A DNA stretch of 64,000 bases, taken from contig CBDCDZ010000004.1 in assembly GCA_965215565.1 (NCBI GenBank), positions 4,320,001 through 4,384,000 of the forward strand, in the 5' to 3' direction. Every line of letters starts with the position of its first letter. The first letter of the stretch is position 1. Below are positions 19,877 to 30,076 of this stretch, one piece after another. This DNA comes from Trueperaceae bacterium. GTDB taxonomy: Bacteria > Deinococcota > Deinococci > Deinococcales > Trueperaceae. The position numbers were made by a program, and so were the translations under genes. Under the pieces are notes generated by a model that was not told where the DNA came from, searched no databases, and saw only the letters and a program-made list of their open reading frames with translations.

Positions 19877-20250
19877 AAGGGTTGAGGGCATTTTTAGCAG
19901 CGCTTTTGTGTGTTCTTTTGGGCGCGTGCGGTGAGGTGGACATCGACACAGGTTAGAGCATAGGTTAAGGCTGAAAGCCTCAGCATCTGAGATGCTCACC
20001 TGTGTTCAAAGGCTCTTAGCCTTCACCTGTGCAACCCACTACCGAGGAGTACCGGGCGCTGCTCACAGGTGAATGCTGAGAGCGTCCGGCAGTCGCCGTA
20101 ACCTGTGAGCGCCGCCTTATAGACGGCTACACGCTGCACGACGTGTATCAAGTGACGGCGGGTGAGCAGGTGACGGCTAAGAGCCGAGCTGAGCTTTGCT
20201 CTAACCTGTGCGAGCAAGACCTCATCGAGCCGGATGGCGTCATCGTGGGC
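19873..20250 (+). pseudogene. Lipoprotein gene interrupted by a fold-back element and bounded by a CRISPR repeat
   Basis: MKGLRAFLAALLCVLLGAC lipobox; GTGA overlap; TAG at 19954 lies within the element's left arm. Confidence 0.65.
19947..20210. mobile_element. 264-bp fold-back/MITE-like element, 14-bp TIR, CGA flanks
   Basis: CACAGGTTAGAGCA / TGCTCTAACCTGTG; CGA at 19944-19946 and 20211-20213; nested internal inverted repeats. Confidence 0.65.
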
Positions 20251-20279
20251 CTATTCCCCACGTGTGTGGGGATGAACCG
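20251..20279 (+). CRISPR. Solitary CRISPR repeat identical to the array 1 consensus
   Basis: CTATTCCCCACGTGTGTGGGGATGAACCG. Confidence 0.95.
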
Positions 20280-20285
20280 GAGAAA

Positions 20286-20495
20286 ATGATGGATGACATG
20301 AAACCGGTAACGAGCATGGCTGACGTTCCCGACTTCTCTACAGATGAGGAAGAGCAAGCGTTCTGGGCGACGCATTACATCGGCGACGATGTGCTCGTCA
20401 CTCCGCGCGAACTGTCTGACCAGCCGCTTCCTCCCCCGCGTCCACGCAGGGTTGAATCCAAGCGTATCTCGCTCACGCTCGAGCCAAGTGAATGA
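20286..20495 (+). pseudogene. CopG/BrnA-type antitoxin, C-terminally truncated
   Basis: VPDFSTDEEEQAFWATH...SKRISLTL stops at the start of the RHH domain. Confidence 0.7.
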
Positions 20496-20565
20496 AATAT
20501 CAGCAACGCTGCTGACCTCCCATCGCCATTGACCTCATAATCTAAGGGCGGCAGAAGGCAGCTTC

Positions 20566-21153
20566 TCAAATATCCGCTAGAATTTTCTCAGCTAACTGCT
20601 TGGCAACCTTCTCTTTCGCTTCCTCTTCTCGCCGCGCTTTGTCGTACTTCGCTGCTCTGACCTCGAGCTTCTCGCCCAATATGCGGAGGGCGCGTTCAGG
20701 TTTCATAAAGGGATTGAGCACGAAGCTGTACGTCCGCTTCCGCTGCCGGTCAATGGCTAAAATTTGATAATGTTTTGGACTTAGCAGCGCAGCGAGTTCA
20801 AAGCGTCCCATGCGCTCTGCTGCGATAATCTGCGAGTCTTTGAGCTTGTTCTCTAAGTCCCAACGGCTAAGTTCACGGTCACTACCAAATGTCGGACGCA
20901 TTCCGAGGATATTCCACAAAAAGGGGATGCCGAATGATGCTAGGAAAGAGAGTCCAAGAGAGAGCGGTAAAACACCGACTCTCTGCCAAAATTCGCTACC
21001 CCACACGATAAGCGCAGTGCCAAGGACTGCCGTCGCAATAAACGTATACATTGCCCAGACTGGCAAGTAAGCCTCCCCTCTAATAGCAGCGTTGAACCGC
21101 TTGTGCCACGGTGCTTTGTCTATTAGTAGGTCTCTAAACAATGTATCTGACAT
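20566..21153 (-). CDS. Hypothetical 2-TM membrane protein divergent from cas3
   Basis: AGGAGG RBS before ATG 21153; two hydrophobic helices; charged C-terminus. Confidence 0.75.
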   Translation of the reverse strand: MSDTLFRDLLIDKAPWHKRFNAAIRGEAYLPVWAMYTFIATAVLGTALIVWGSEFWQRVGVLPLSLGLSFLASFGIPFLWNILGMRPTFGSDRELSRWDLENKLKDSQIIAAERMGRFELAALLSPKHYQILAIDRQRKRTYSFVLNPFMKPERALRILGEKLEVRAAKYDKARREEEAKEKVAKQLAEKILADI

Positions 21154-21281
21154 GCACGTCCTCCTATTGCAGATGATAACGAAGTGCTGAACCCTTATTA
21201 TCGCATATTGCGCTTGGTGAGTGAGGGGCGCGTCAGCTATTACGAGGCACAGTACGAGCGAGCGATTGCAAGATTTTACTT

Positions 21282-21298
21282 GCGTCACCAATTGACGT
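21282..21298. promoter_or_regulatory. Palindrome GCGTCA-N5-TGACGT upstream of cas3
   Basis: Same motif recurs upstream of cas8e. Confidence 0.65.
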
Positions 21299-21320
21299 TA
21301 GAGCGTGATATATCTGTTTC

Positions 21321-24065
21321 ATGCCTAAGTTGAGCCAACGAGCACAGAGCTTCTGGGCGAAGAGCCCTAAAAAAGGTGAGCCGTTCGAGTCCCACCCCGT
21401 TATCGCTCACCTCTTGGACGTAGCCGCGAGTGCGTCCGAAATTCTGAAACTCGAGCCCGAGAAGATAACTGCTCTGTACGCCGGTGACTTCAAGCTGTGC
21501 GAAAGTGAGGCTGCCCTTTGGGTTTGCGCTCTGGCAGGGTTGCATGACCTTGGCAAAGTGAGCCCAGCGTTTCAGCAACTCTGGACTCCGGGGTTGGAGA
21601 AACTTATTTCGGTTGCTCCCGAGTTTGATTGGCATACTACCGACTCGCTTGCCCCTTCGTCCCCACCAGGCTACGTTTCTCACAGTGTAGTCAGCCAGGT
21701 CATACTGCCTAGCTTGCTGAAAGCAAAAGGCTTTCAGGGTACGTTAGCAAAGGGCGTTGCGGACGCTGTCGGCTGTCACCACGGGTTTCGAGCAGATGGT
21801 CAAGAACTCGGTGAGGCGTGTAAAAAGAAAGAGAAGGGACGCGAGGTCTGGGACGACGCGCGTGAAGAGATATTCAGAGCAGTATTAGAGGTCGTTGGCG
21901 TTACGGATAGCCCCGAGGTGAAAAAACTAAGCGCAGCAGGCTTTATGCGCCTTGCGGGTCTAACGAGCTTTGCAGATTGGATCGGCTCGAGCCTCTATCC
22001 CTCACTAAGCTTCGTCGGGTATGAGAATGACCTGGAAGGTTACTACGAAGAGGCGAAGGTGGCAGCGCGACATAGGTTAGCTGAATTGGGTTGGACAAAG
22101 CGTACGCCTCTACACACGGACGCGCGACTACTGGAGGATACCTTCGCTTATCTCACTCGTGAAGAAGGCAAGCCGTTCTCGCCGCGCACGCTCCAGACAG
22201 AAGTCGAGAAGCTGTTGAGGGAGGTCTCCGCGCCAACCCTTCTACTCATCGAAGCGCCGATGGGCGAAGGTAAAACGGAGGCTGCATTCTACGCGCACCT
22301 GCGCCTGCAAACCGAACTCGGTCACAGAGGGATGTACGTGGCGCTGCCCACGATGGCAACCGGAAACGCGATGTTCAGCCGGACGGCTGAGTTCTTGAAC
22401 GAGCAAGCCGAGGGACGGACGGTTCCGCTCGACTTGCAGCTTTTGCACGGGGCGACGCAGCTCAATAGTGTCTATCAAGCGCTTCAGAGCGAAGTGCGTC
22501 CTAACTTTCCCGATGAAGAGAAGCTCGAGCACGTCCAAGCGAGAGAGTTCTTCACGCACAAGAAGCAAGCCCTTCTTTCGGAGTATGGCGTCGGCACGGT
22601 GGACCAGGCGCTACTGACCATTTTGAACATTCGGCATCAGTTCGTGAGGCTGTGGGGTCTCGGCAACCGCGTCGTCATCATCGACGAGGTTCACGCTTAC
22701 GACACCTACACCTCAGAACTCGTGAATGGACTCGTGCGCTGGCTCCACGCACTCGGCTCGAGCGTCGTTTTACTGAGCGCGACCCTCTCCGAGAAATCTC
22801 GTAACGAGTTGCTCGAGGCTTACGGCGGGGAGGCAAAAGAGACCGAAGGCTATCCGCGCATCTTCAAAGTTGCTGCTGGTGAAACCGAAGTCTTTCCGTT
22901 CGACGCCGAATCTAAGCGTAAGGTCGAGATAGCTGTCCATCACCTCGCCGCAGATTTGGACACCATCGTTCGGCTGTTGGAGGATAAGCTCGCAAAAGGT
23001 GGTTGCGCAGTCTGCATTGTCAACACGGTAAACCGGGCGCAAGAGCTTTATAAGAAGCTCGGGGGGAAAGATACGTACCTCTTTCACGCCCGCTATCCTG
23101 CCGAAGAACGCGCTGAGATTGAGACTCATATCTTAGAGACGTTTGGCAAAGCAGCAACGAGGGAGAACGGCAAGCGCCCGCACCGCGCTATCCTTATCGC
23201 CACCCAAGTCGTAGAGCAGTCGCTCGACCTCGACTTCGACCTCATGGTCACAGACTTAGCACCAGTGGACCTCATTATCCAACGGGCAGGGCGCATGTGG
23301 CGGCACGAGCGCCCGTCGTCAGAGCGCCCTATCTCTGAGCCACAGCTCTTCATCGCGGGCATGGAGCATGAGGGAGAGCTGCCGGAGTTGTCACGCTATT
23401 TTTGGGACAGGGTCTATCAGCCTTTTATCCTCTACAAAACCTGGGACGTGCTGCAAGGTAAAACTCAGCTCACGCTGCCCACTGATATTGACGACCTTGT
23501 GCAGCGCGTTTATGACGGTGATAGTGAACCGCTCCAAGCGAGGCTTTCAGAAGAGGCGTTTGAGCAAGCTGAAGAAAATCAGCGCAAGTTCGTGGAGGAG
23601 CGAAAGGCTGATAAAAGCCTCGCACGTGAAGCAATCATCAGTCAGGTGAGGAAGAACGGTGAGCTTGCGCTACGCGACCCGACCAGAGTTAGAGAAGAAG
23701 AGGACAAACCGAATGGACTGCCAGCCGTTTTTACGCGCAAAGGGCAACCCTCAGTGCTCGCCGTTCCCCTCTTTGAGCGCGGCGGTGAATACTTCTTGGA
23801 TGCCGAAGCAAAAAAGCCCTATGACGCTAAAAAGCCGCTCGAGACCTATAAACGCTCCGTCCGCCTGAGCAGGCGCGGGTTTCCTCAAGCACTTGAGAAG
23901 CACAATGCGGCGCAGGGATTTGAAGAGACTTTTAAGCACTGGGAGAAGAACCCGCTTTTGCAAAACTGCGTTCCACTTGTGCTAGATACGGATGGAAGCG
24001 TTGTCGTGGGTCAAACGAGAGTAAGACTGGATAGCGTTTTAGGCGTGGTGTATGAAAGCGCCTAA
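21321..24065 (+). CDS. cas3: CRISPR helicase/nuclease Cas3 (HD + SF2)
   Basis: HLLDVA, HDLGK, CHHG, EAPMGEGKTEA, IIDEVHAYD, ATQVVEQSLDLDFD, QRAGRMWRH. Confidence 0.98.
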   Translation: MPKLSQRAQSFWAKSPKKGEPFESHPVIAHLLDVAASASEILKLEPEKITALYAGDFKLCESEAALWVCALAGLHDLGKVSPAFQQLWTPGLEKLISVAPEFDWHTTDSLAPSSPPGYVSHSVVSQVILPSLLKAKGFQGTLAKGVADAVGCHHGFRADGQELGEACKKKEKGREVWDDAREEIFRAVLEVVGVTDSPEVKKLSAAGFMRLAGLTSFADWIGSSLYPSLSFVGYENDLEGYYEEAKVAARHRLAELGWTKRTPLHTDARLLEDTFAYLTREEGKPFSPRTLQTEVEKLLREVSAPTLLLIEAPMGEGKTEAAFYAHLRLQTELGHRGMYVALPTMATGNAMFSRTAEFLNEQAEGRTVPLDLQLLHGATQLNSVYQALQSEVRPNFPDEEKLEHVQAREFFTHKKQALLSEYGVGTVDQALLTILNIRHQFVRLWGLGNRVVIIDEVHAYDTYTSELVNGLVRWLHALGSSVVLLSATLSEKSRNELLEAYGGEAKETEGYPRIFKVAAGETEVFPFDAESKRKVEIAVHHLAADLDTIVRLLEDKLAKGGCAVCIVNTVNRAQELYKKLGGKDTYLFHARYPAEERAEIETHILETFGKAATRENGKRPHRAILIATQVVEQSLDLDFDLMVTDLAPVDLIIQRAGRMWRHERPSSERPISEPQLFIAGMEHEGELPELSRYFWDRVYQPFILYKTWDVLQGKTQLTLPTDIDDLVQRVYDGDSEPLQARLSEEAFEQAEENQRKFVEERKADKSLAREAIISQVRKNGELALRDPTRVREEEDKPNGLPAVFTRKGQPSVLAVPLFERGGEYFLDAEAKKPYDAKKPLETYKRSVRLSRRGFPQALEKHNAAQGFEETFKHWEKNPLLQNCVPLVLDTDGSVVVGQTRVRLDSVLGVVYESA

Positions 24066-24087
24066 ATGCTTACTTGTCTATCCTCTG

Positions 24088-24104
24088 GCGTCACTAAATG
24101 ACGC
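24088..24104. promoter_or_regulatory. Perfect palindrome GCGTCA-N5-TGACGC upstream of the Cascade operon
   Basis: In the short cas3-cas8e gap, before CATATT at 24110-24115. Confidence 0.65.
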
Positions 24105-24141
24105 TTCACCATATTAAAGTGAGTTGAAGGAGGACCAAACA

Positions 24142-25758
24142 TTGGCTACGTTCAACCTCATTACAAAACCTTGTATTCCTGTACGAGTAAATGGAAAACT
24201 CGAGCACTACTCCCTCGAACAAACGCTTTTGGACGCGAAAGACATTGAGCGCATAGAGGACGCCTCTCCTCTCGTTGTAGTCGCGCTGCACCGGCTTCTG
24301 CTCGCCATTCTCTACCGCGCCCTCAACCCTGACAGCACTGAAGAGATTGGGGAGTGGCTCGAGGACGGCTTTCCAGAGGAGGGCATACGCACCTACTTGG
24401 AGAAGTGGAAACCTCACTTCGATTTGTTTGATGCGAAACGCCCTTTTTATCAGGTAGCAGACCTCGAGCAAGCTACCTTCGGCAAGCCGATTGAGCCGAA
24501 AGCCTGGACCGAACTCGCGCCCGAGGTGCGTGACGGCGGTCAGGGGGCGTCGCTCTTCAACCATCTTAACGAAGTTGCAGAGCCGATTCCTGCCGCCACA
24601 GCGTTTCACCAACTGCTCGTCCGTCAGACCTTTGCGCTAGGCGGGCTTAGCAGAACTTTCGTAGATTCGGCGAAGAATGCCCCTTCCCCAAACGCAGTCT
24701 TTCTCATACCACATGGGCAGAATTTACACGAAACACTCTGTTATTGTCTCGACCCTAACAACTACACACACCATGAGGACGACGTGCCATTCTGGGAGCG
24801 CAATACAGCTTATGATGTCGCTTACCTAGAAAGGACAAGAGAAGAGCCGGTTTTAGGCTGTGTTCAAGTGTATACCTGGATGAGCCGCTCAGTGAAGCTC
24901 ATCCCGCTCGAGACGGACGATGGTCCTTATGTTGAGGAAATCTACTTTGCCTCCGGCATCGCGCCGAAGTTCGAAATCGCTCAGTATTTCGACCCGATGG
25001 TTGGAAAGAGAGTTAAGTCCGGTAAAACCGAGAATAGCCTTACCTTTATTCGCTTCGATGGAAATAAGCAATTCTGGCGAGACTTCCAATCGCTATTCGC
25101 TGAACAGCAAACAGGTATAGCACCACGTGTAATTAGCCTATCTGCCCGCCTAGCATCTGAGTTCAACCGTAATGTGAATCTCGGCGTTTACGGCATCAAT
25201 AACAAGCAGGCAAAAGTAAACTTTGCGCGACAAGAAAACCACATTCTTCCCGAGGCTGTTAGCGCTGATAGGACAGAAGATGTTTATGCCACGCTTGCAA
25301 ACTCGCTCACGCAAACGGACAAGCTGGGGTATTCGCTAAGAAAAGCAATCTTTGAAATACATATTCACCTTGACCCCGAGCTTCGGATTAAAGATAAGAA
25401 GAAGCGAGAGGAATTCTGGCGAAAGGTCAACGCTCCACCTCCTCCTAAAGAGAATCCTACGATTACTCGGTTGAGAACGGCAGTGAATACATCCTACGGA
25501 GTTAGTTTTTATTGGTCTACACTGAGCCGTCTCTTTCCAGAGTTATTGGACCAGCTCACCGCTGACTTCAAACCCAAAGAAGTCCAACGTTATTGGGCGC
25601 AGAGACTCCTAGATGCTTCTGACCGCGCCTGGACGCTCGCCCGCGCCGCCGCTGGCGACGACGCCTACGCCCTCCGCGCCATCTACTCTGCCGAAGGCAT
25701 CCTACGCGCCGCGCAGAGCGAGTTTCGCACTCTCACTACATCTCAGGAGGCAGCATGA
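24142..25758 (+). CDS. cas8e: Type I-E Cascade large subunit Cas8e (Cse1/CasA)
   Basis: FNLITKPCIPV, LHRLLLAILYRA, FDLFDAKRPFYQ; AAGGAGG precedes TTG 24142. Confidence 0.93.
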   Translation: MATFNLITKPCIPVRVNGKLEHYSLEQTLLDAKDIERIEDASPLVVVALHRLLLAILYRALNPDSTEEIGEWLEDGFPEEGIRTYLEKWKPHFDLFDAKRPFYQVADLEQATFGKPIEPKAWTELAPEVRDGGQGASLFNHLNEVAEPIPAATAFHQLLVRQTFALGGLSRTFVDSAKNAPSPNAVFLIPHGQNLHETLCYCLDPNNYTHHEDDVPFWERNTAYDVAYLERTREEPVLGCVQVYTWMSRSVKLIPLETDDGPYVEEIYFASGIAPKFEIAQYFDPMVGKRVKSGKTENSLTFIRFDGNKQFWRDFQSLFAEQQTGIAPRVISLSARLASEFNRNVNLGVYGINNKQAKVNFARQENHILPEAVSADRTEDVYATLANSLTQTDKLGYSLRKAIFEIHIHLDPELRIKDKKKREEFWRKVNAPPPPKENPTITRLRTAVNTSYGVSFYWSTLSRLFPELLDQLTADFKPKEVQRYWAQRLLDASDRAWTLARAAAGDDAYALRAIYSAEGILRAAQSEFRTLTTSQEAA

Positions 25759-26299
25759 GCGAGAAGACGGACAGGTTCATCTCTTACTTATGGAAGCTAG
25801 ACCGCAAAGCCTTCGCCGAGCTGCGGCGCAGCCTCAGCGACGAACCGGGGCGCTCTATCCCTGCGATTCCTTACGTAGAGCGCTTCACCCTCGGTGAGCG
25901 CCGCTGGAATCAGCAGATGTACTACTTAGTGGCGGGGCTCTTTTGCCTTGTGGAGCGCCCGCTCGAGCAGAGTGCAACACCGCCCCCACCGCGCCAACAG
26001 AGCTTCGGCAGCAGCGTTGGAAGGCTCTACGTTCTTAAAGAGAAAAGCGCCAGCACCGAACGCCGCTTTATCCGGCTGCTCGACGCCGACGCGGGACAGC
26101 TCGCCGAGCGGCTTCGCCAGATGGTGTCTTTGCTGCGCTCCGAAGGCGTCGAAGTCGGTTGGTCGCGGCTTTTGAACGACCTGCTTTACTGGCACGCCGA
26201 CGACTGCAACATCCAGCACCGCTGGGCTCGAGAGTTTTACATGCAAGAAGCCAAGAGCGAAAGAGCATCCGAAACGGAAGAAGTGACAGGAGGAACCGC

Positions 26300-26303
<4 letters not shown>
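25755..26303 (+). CDS. cse2: Cas11 (Cse2/CasB)
   Basis: AELRRSL, ERRFIRLLDAD, WAREFY; operon position. Confidence 0.93.
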
Positions 26304-27438
<1,135 letters not shown>

Positions 27439-27442
<4 letters not shown>

Positions 27443-28071
27443 CGCACACGCTGTTACTTTGCTTGGCGGGTCCGCTCCAGTCGTGGGGCACGAAGTCCCG
27501 CTTCGACGAACGCGACACCGAACTCGAGCCCTCGAAAAGCGGCGTAATCGGGCTCTTATGTGCGGCGCTCGGCGTTGATCGGCACGAGGCGGAACCCGTT
27601 CTAAAGCTTGCCGAGATGCCGATGGGCGTTCGCGTTGACCGCGAGGGGGTGTTGCAGCGCGACTATCACACTGCTCAGAGAATTGACTATAGCGGTAGGG
27701 TGCGAGATACAGTCGTCTCGCACCGCTACTTCCTTTCGGACGCCGTTTTTCTCGTAGGTTTTGAGAGTGAGGATAGAAGTTTTCTCGCGGAGGTACAAGC
27801 GGCTTTGAAGAATCCACACTGGTCTCTTAGCCTCGGGCGCAAGTCTTTTGTGCCGTCACGCCCGATTTGGTTGTCCGACGGTCTTGTTCAGAAGAGCTTG
27901 GACGATGCCTTATGTCAGTATCCAAATCTCACGAACGAAGAGCCAGTGCGCTTAGTGCTCGAGAGTTCACGCGGCTCACTACGAACAGACCAGCCGCTCT
28001 CGAGCTTTCATGAGCGCCGTTTCGGTACGCGCTATGTTACGAGTGAGCCGTGGAGCCACCCATGTACTTGA
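27439..28071 (+). CDS. cas5: Cas5e (CasD)
   Basis: LAGPLQSWG, PSKSGVIGLLCAALG, LGRKSFVPS. Confidence 0.97.
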
Positions 28072-28787
28072 GCAAACTCGTCTTAAACCCTCGTGCTCAT
28101 CAAGTACGCCGCGATCTCACCAACCCCTACCAGACCCACGCCAGCCTCTGCTGGGCGTTTCGCAAACCTGAAGCGCTCTCAGAAGCCGAAACTGGAAGCT
28201 GGGAACGCGGCAAAACCGTGTATCCCTTTTTGTGGCGCTTGGAGCCGCCCCAGCCTCGCGCTGCACCAATCCTCTTAGTTCAGAGCGAAGTGGAACCTCA
28301 GTGGGACGTTTTCGCCGAGCGACACCCAAACTACTTTAGCCGAAAGGTCAAGGTAGGTAAGCTTCCCCTCGAGCACCTTGTACAGGGTCAAACCCTGCGC
28401 TTCCGTCTCAAAGCTAACCCGACCGTCACCAAGCGGCACGATGACCAACCCGATAAGCAGAAGCGCGTCGGGCTCTACAAGATGGAGGATTTACTCGGCT
28501 ACCGGAGTGATAACGGCGAATGGATACTTGGCTGGATTGAGCGGCAGAGCGACTTTGGCACAGAGCAGCGCGGCTTCGTGGTCGGCGCACAGGACGTTAT
28601 TTTGCGCAACACCGAGCGCTTGCGTTTTCATAAACATGAAGGAGGTCATCCCATCACCTTGCAGTCCGCGCTCTTCGACGGCTACTTGAAGATTACCGAC
28701 GTAGACCTATTCAAAGAGACGCTCGCTAAGGGCGTCGGCAAAGCCAAAGGGCTCGGCTTCGGTCTCCTCTCGGTTGCGAGAGCCTGA
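28062..28787 (+). CDS. cas6e: Cas6e (Cse3/CasE)
   Basis: MYLSKLVLNP, FRLKANPT, GVGKAKGLGFGLLS glycine loop. Confidence 0.96.
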   Translation: MYLSKLVLNPRAHQVRRDLTNPYQTHASLCWAFRKPEALSEAETGSWERGKTVYPFLWRLEPPQPRAAPILLVQSEVEPQWDVFAERHPNYFSRKVKVGKLPLEHLVQGQTLRFRLKANPTVTKRHDDQPDKQKRVGLYKMEDLLGYRSDNGEWILGWIERQSDFGTEQRGFVVGAQDVILRNTERLRFHKHEGGHPITLQSALFDGYLKITDVDLFKETLAKGVGKAKGLGFGLLSVARA

Positions 28788-29770
28788 TGCCCTCCTTACG
28801 CAACCTCCGCGAACTCCCCAAATTCCGCGACGGTCTCTCGTACCTCTACATCGAGCGCGGACGCATCGAGCAAGACGCTAAAGCCATCGCCTGGTACGGC
28901 GAAGAGGGCAAGGTGAGCGTACCCGCCGCCGCGCTGGGCGTCTTGATGCTCGGTCCCGGCACCAGCATCACCCACGAAGCCGTGAAAGCCTTGGCGGATA
29001 ACGGCTGCTTCATCAACTGGGTTGGCGAGGACAGCGTGCGCTTTTACGCGGGCGGCACAGGCGAGACGCGCAGCAGCGCCAACCTCATGCGCCAAGCGGA
29101 GTACTGGGCGGATAGTGGCAAACACCTTCAGGTAGTGCGGCGCATGTATGAGATGCGTTTTGAGGGTGGGTTAGAACCGGGGCTCACCCTCGAGCAGATT
29201 CGCGGCAAAGAGGGCGTGCGGGTGCGCACCATCTACGCCCAGATGAGTAAGGAGACCGGCGTCCCCTGGCACGGGCGCAGCTACAAACGCGGTGCTTGGG
29301 GCAGCGCTGACCCTATCAACCGCGCCCTCTCCGCCGGAGCCGCTTGCGTCTACGGCGTTTGCCACGCCGCTATCGTTTCAGCAGGCTACAGCCCCGCACT
29401 TGGCTTTATCCACACAGGCAAGCAACTCTCCTTCGTCTACGACATCGCCGACCTCTACAAGATGGAGGTGCTCGTACCCGCCGCCTTTAGACTCGTCGCC
29501 GAGTCAGACGAGCACGTAGAGAGCCGCGTTCGGCATCACCTTAGAGACGCCATGCGCGAGGCGCGGATGTTGGAGCGCGTCGTGAGCGACCTGCACAGCC
29601 TTTTCAGCAGCGACGCCGAGAGTAATGAACGCTTTGCCGAGGACGGCGCAGCACCGGGTGAGCTGTGGGACCCGAGCGGCAACGTGGAAGGAGGGGTGAG
29701 CTATGGTGGTGATGACGCTCGAGAAAGTACCGACGAGCCTACGCGGAGAACTGAGCCGCTGGATGGTTGA
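28787..29770 (+). CDS. cas1: Type I-E Cas1
   Basis: LMLGPGTSITH, RGKEGVRVR, GYSPALGFIHTG, FVYDIADLYK. Confidence 0.98.
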   Translation: MPSLRNLRELPKFRDGLSYLYIERGRIEQDAKAIAWYGEEGKVSVPAAALGVLMLGPGTSITHEAVKALADNGCFINWVGEDSVRFYAGGTGETRSSANLMRQAEYWADSGKHLQVVRRMYEMRFEGGLEPGLTLEQIRGKEGVRVRTIYAQMSKETGVPWHGRSYKRGAWGSADPINRALSAGAACVYGVCHAAIVSAGYSPALGFIHTGKQLSFVYDIADLYKMEVLVPAAFRLVAESDEHVESRVRHHLRDAMREARMLERVVSDLHSLFSSDAESNERFAEDGAAPGELWDPSGNVEGGVSYGGDDARESTDEPTRRTEPLDG

Positions 29771-30056
29771 AGTTTCGACAGGCGTCTACGTCGGCAAACT
29801 GAGCGCTTTGGTGCGCGACCTCTTGTGGGAAAAGGTCACGAAGAGCAAACGCACCGGGCGCTGTTGTCAGGTCTACCGCACCAACACCGAACAAGGGTTT
29901 GCCATTCGCATGGACGGCGACTCGGAAAGGAGTGTCGTTGACCTGGACGGGTTATACTTAGTGGCAGTGAAAAACGCGGCGTGGGAAAAGATGTTTGTTG
30001 AACCTGCCGAGGACCATGACAGACCCGATGGAGACATAGAGGGGTCAAAACGCTAG
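29703..30056 (+). CDS. cas2: Type I-E Cas2
   Basis: VPTSLRGELSRWMVEVSTGVYVG, NTEQGF, VDLDGL. Confidence 0.97.
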   Translation: MVVMTLEKVPTSLRGELSRWMVEVSTGVYVGKLSALVRDLLWEKVTKSKRTGRCCQVYRTNTEQGFAIRMDGDSERSVVDLDGLYLVAVKNAAWEKMFVEPAEDHDRPDGDIEGSKR

Positions 30057-30076
30057 TTTTGCCGTCTGGGTCAAGT

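Noticed and set aside
19947..20210. Retron msr-msd suggested by the terminal inverted repeats
   Set aside because: No reverse transcriptase in the window; CGA flanks and gene interruption fit an insertion better
21166..21333. Protein-like + strand frame ADDNEVLNPYYRILRLVSEG... before cas3
   Set aside because: No ATG/GTG/TTG or RBS at its 5' end, and it overlaps divergent promoters; at most a remnant
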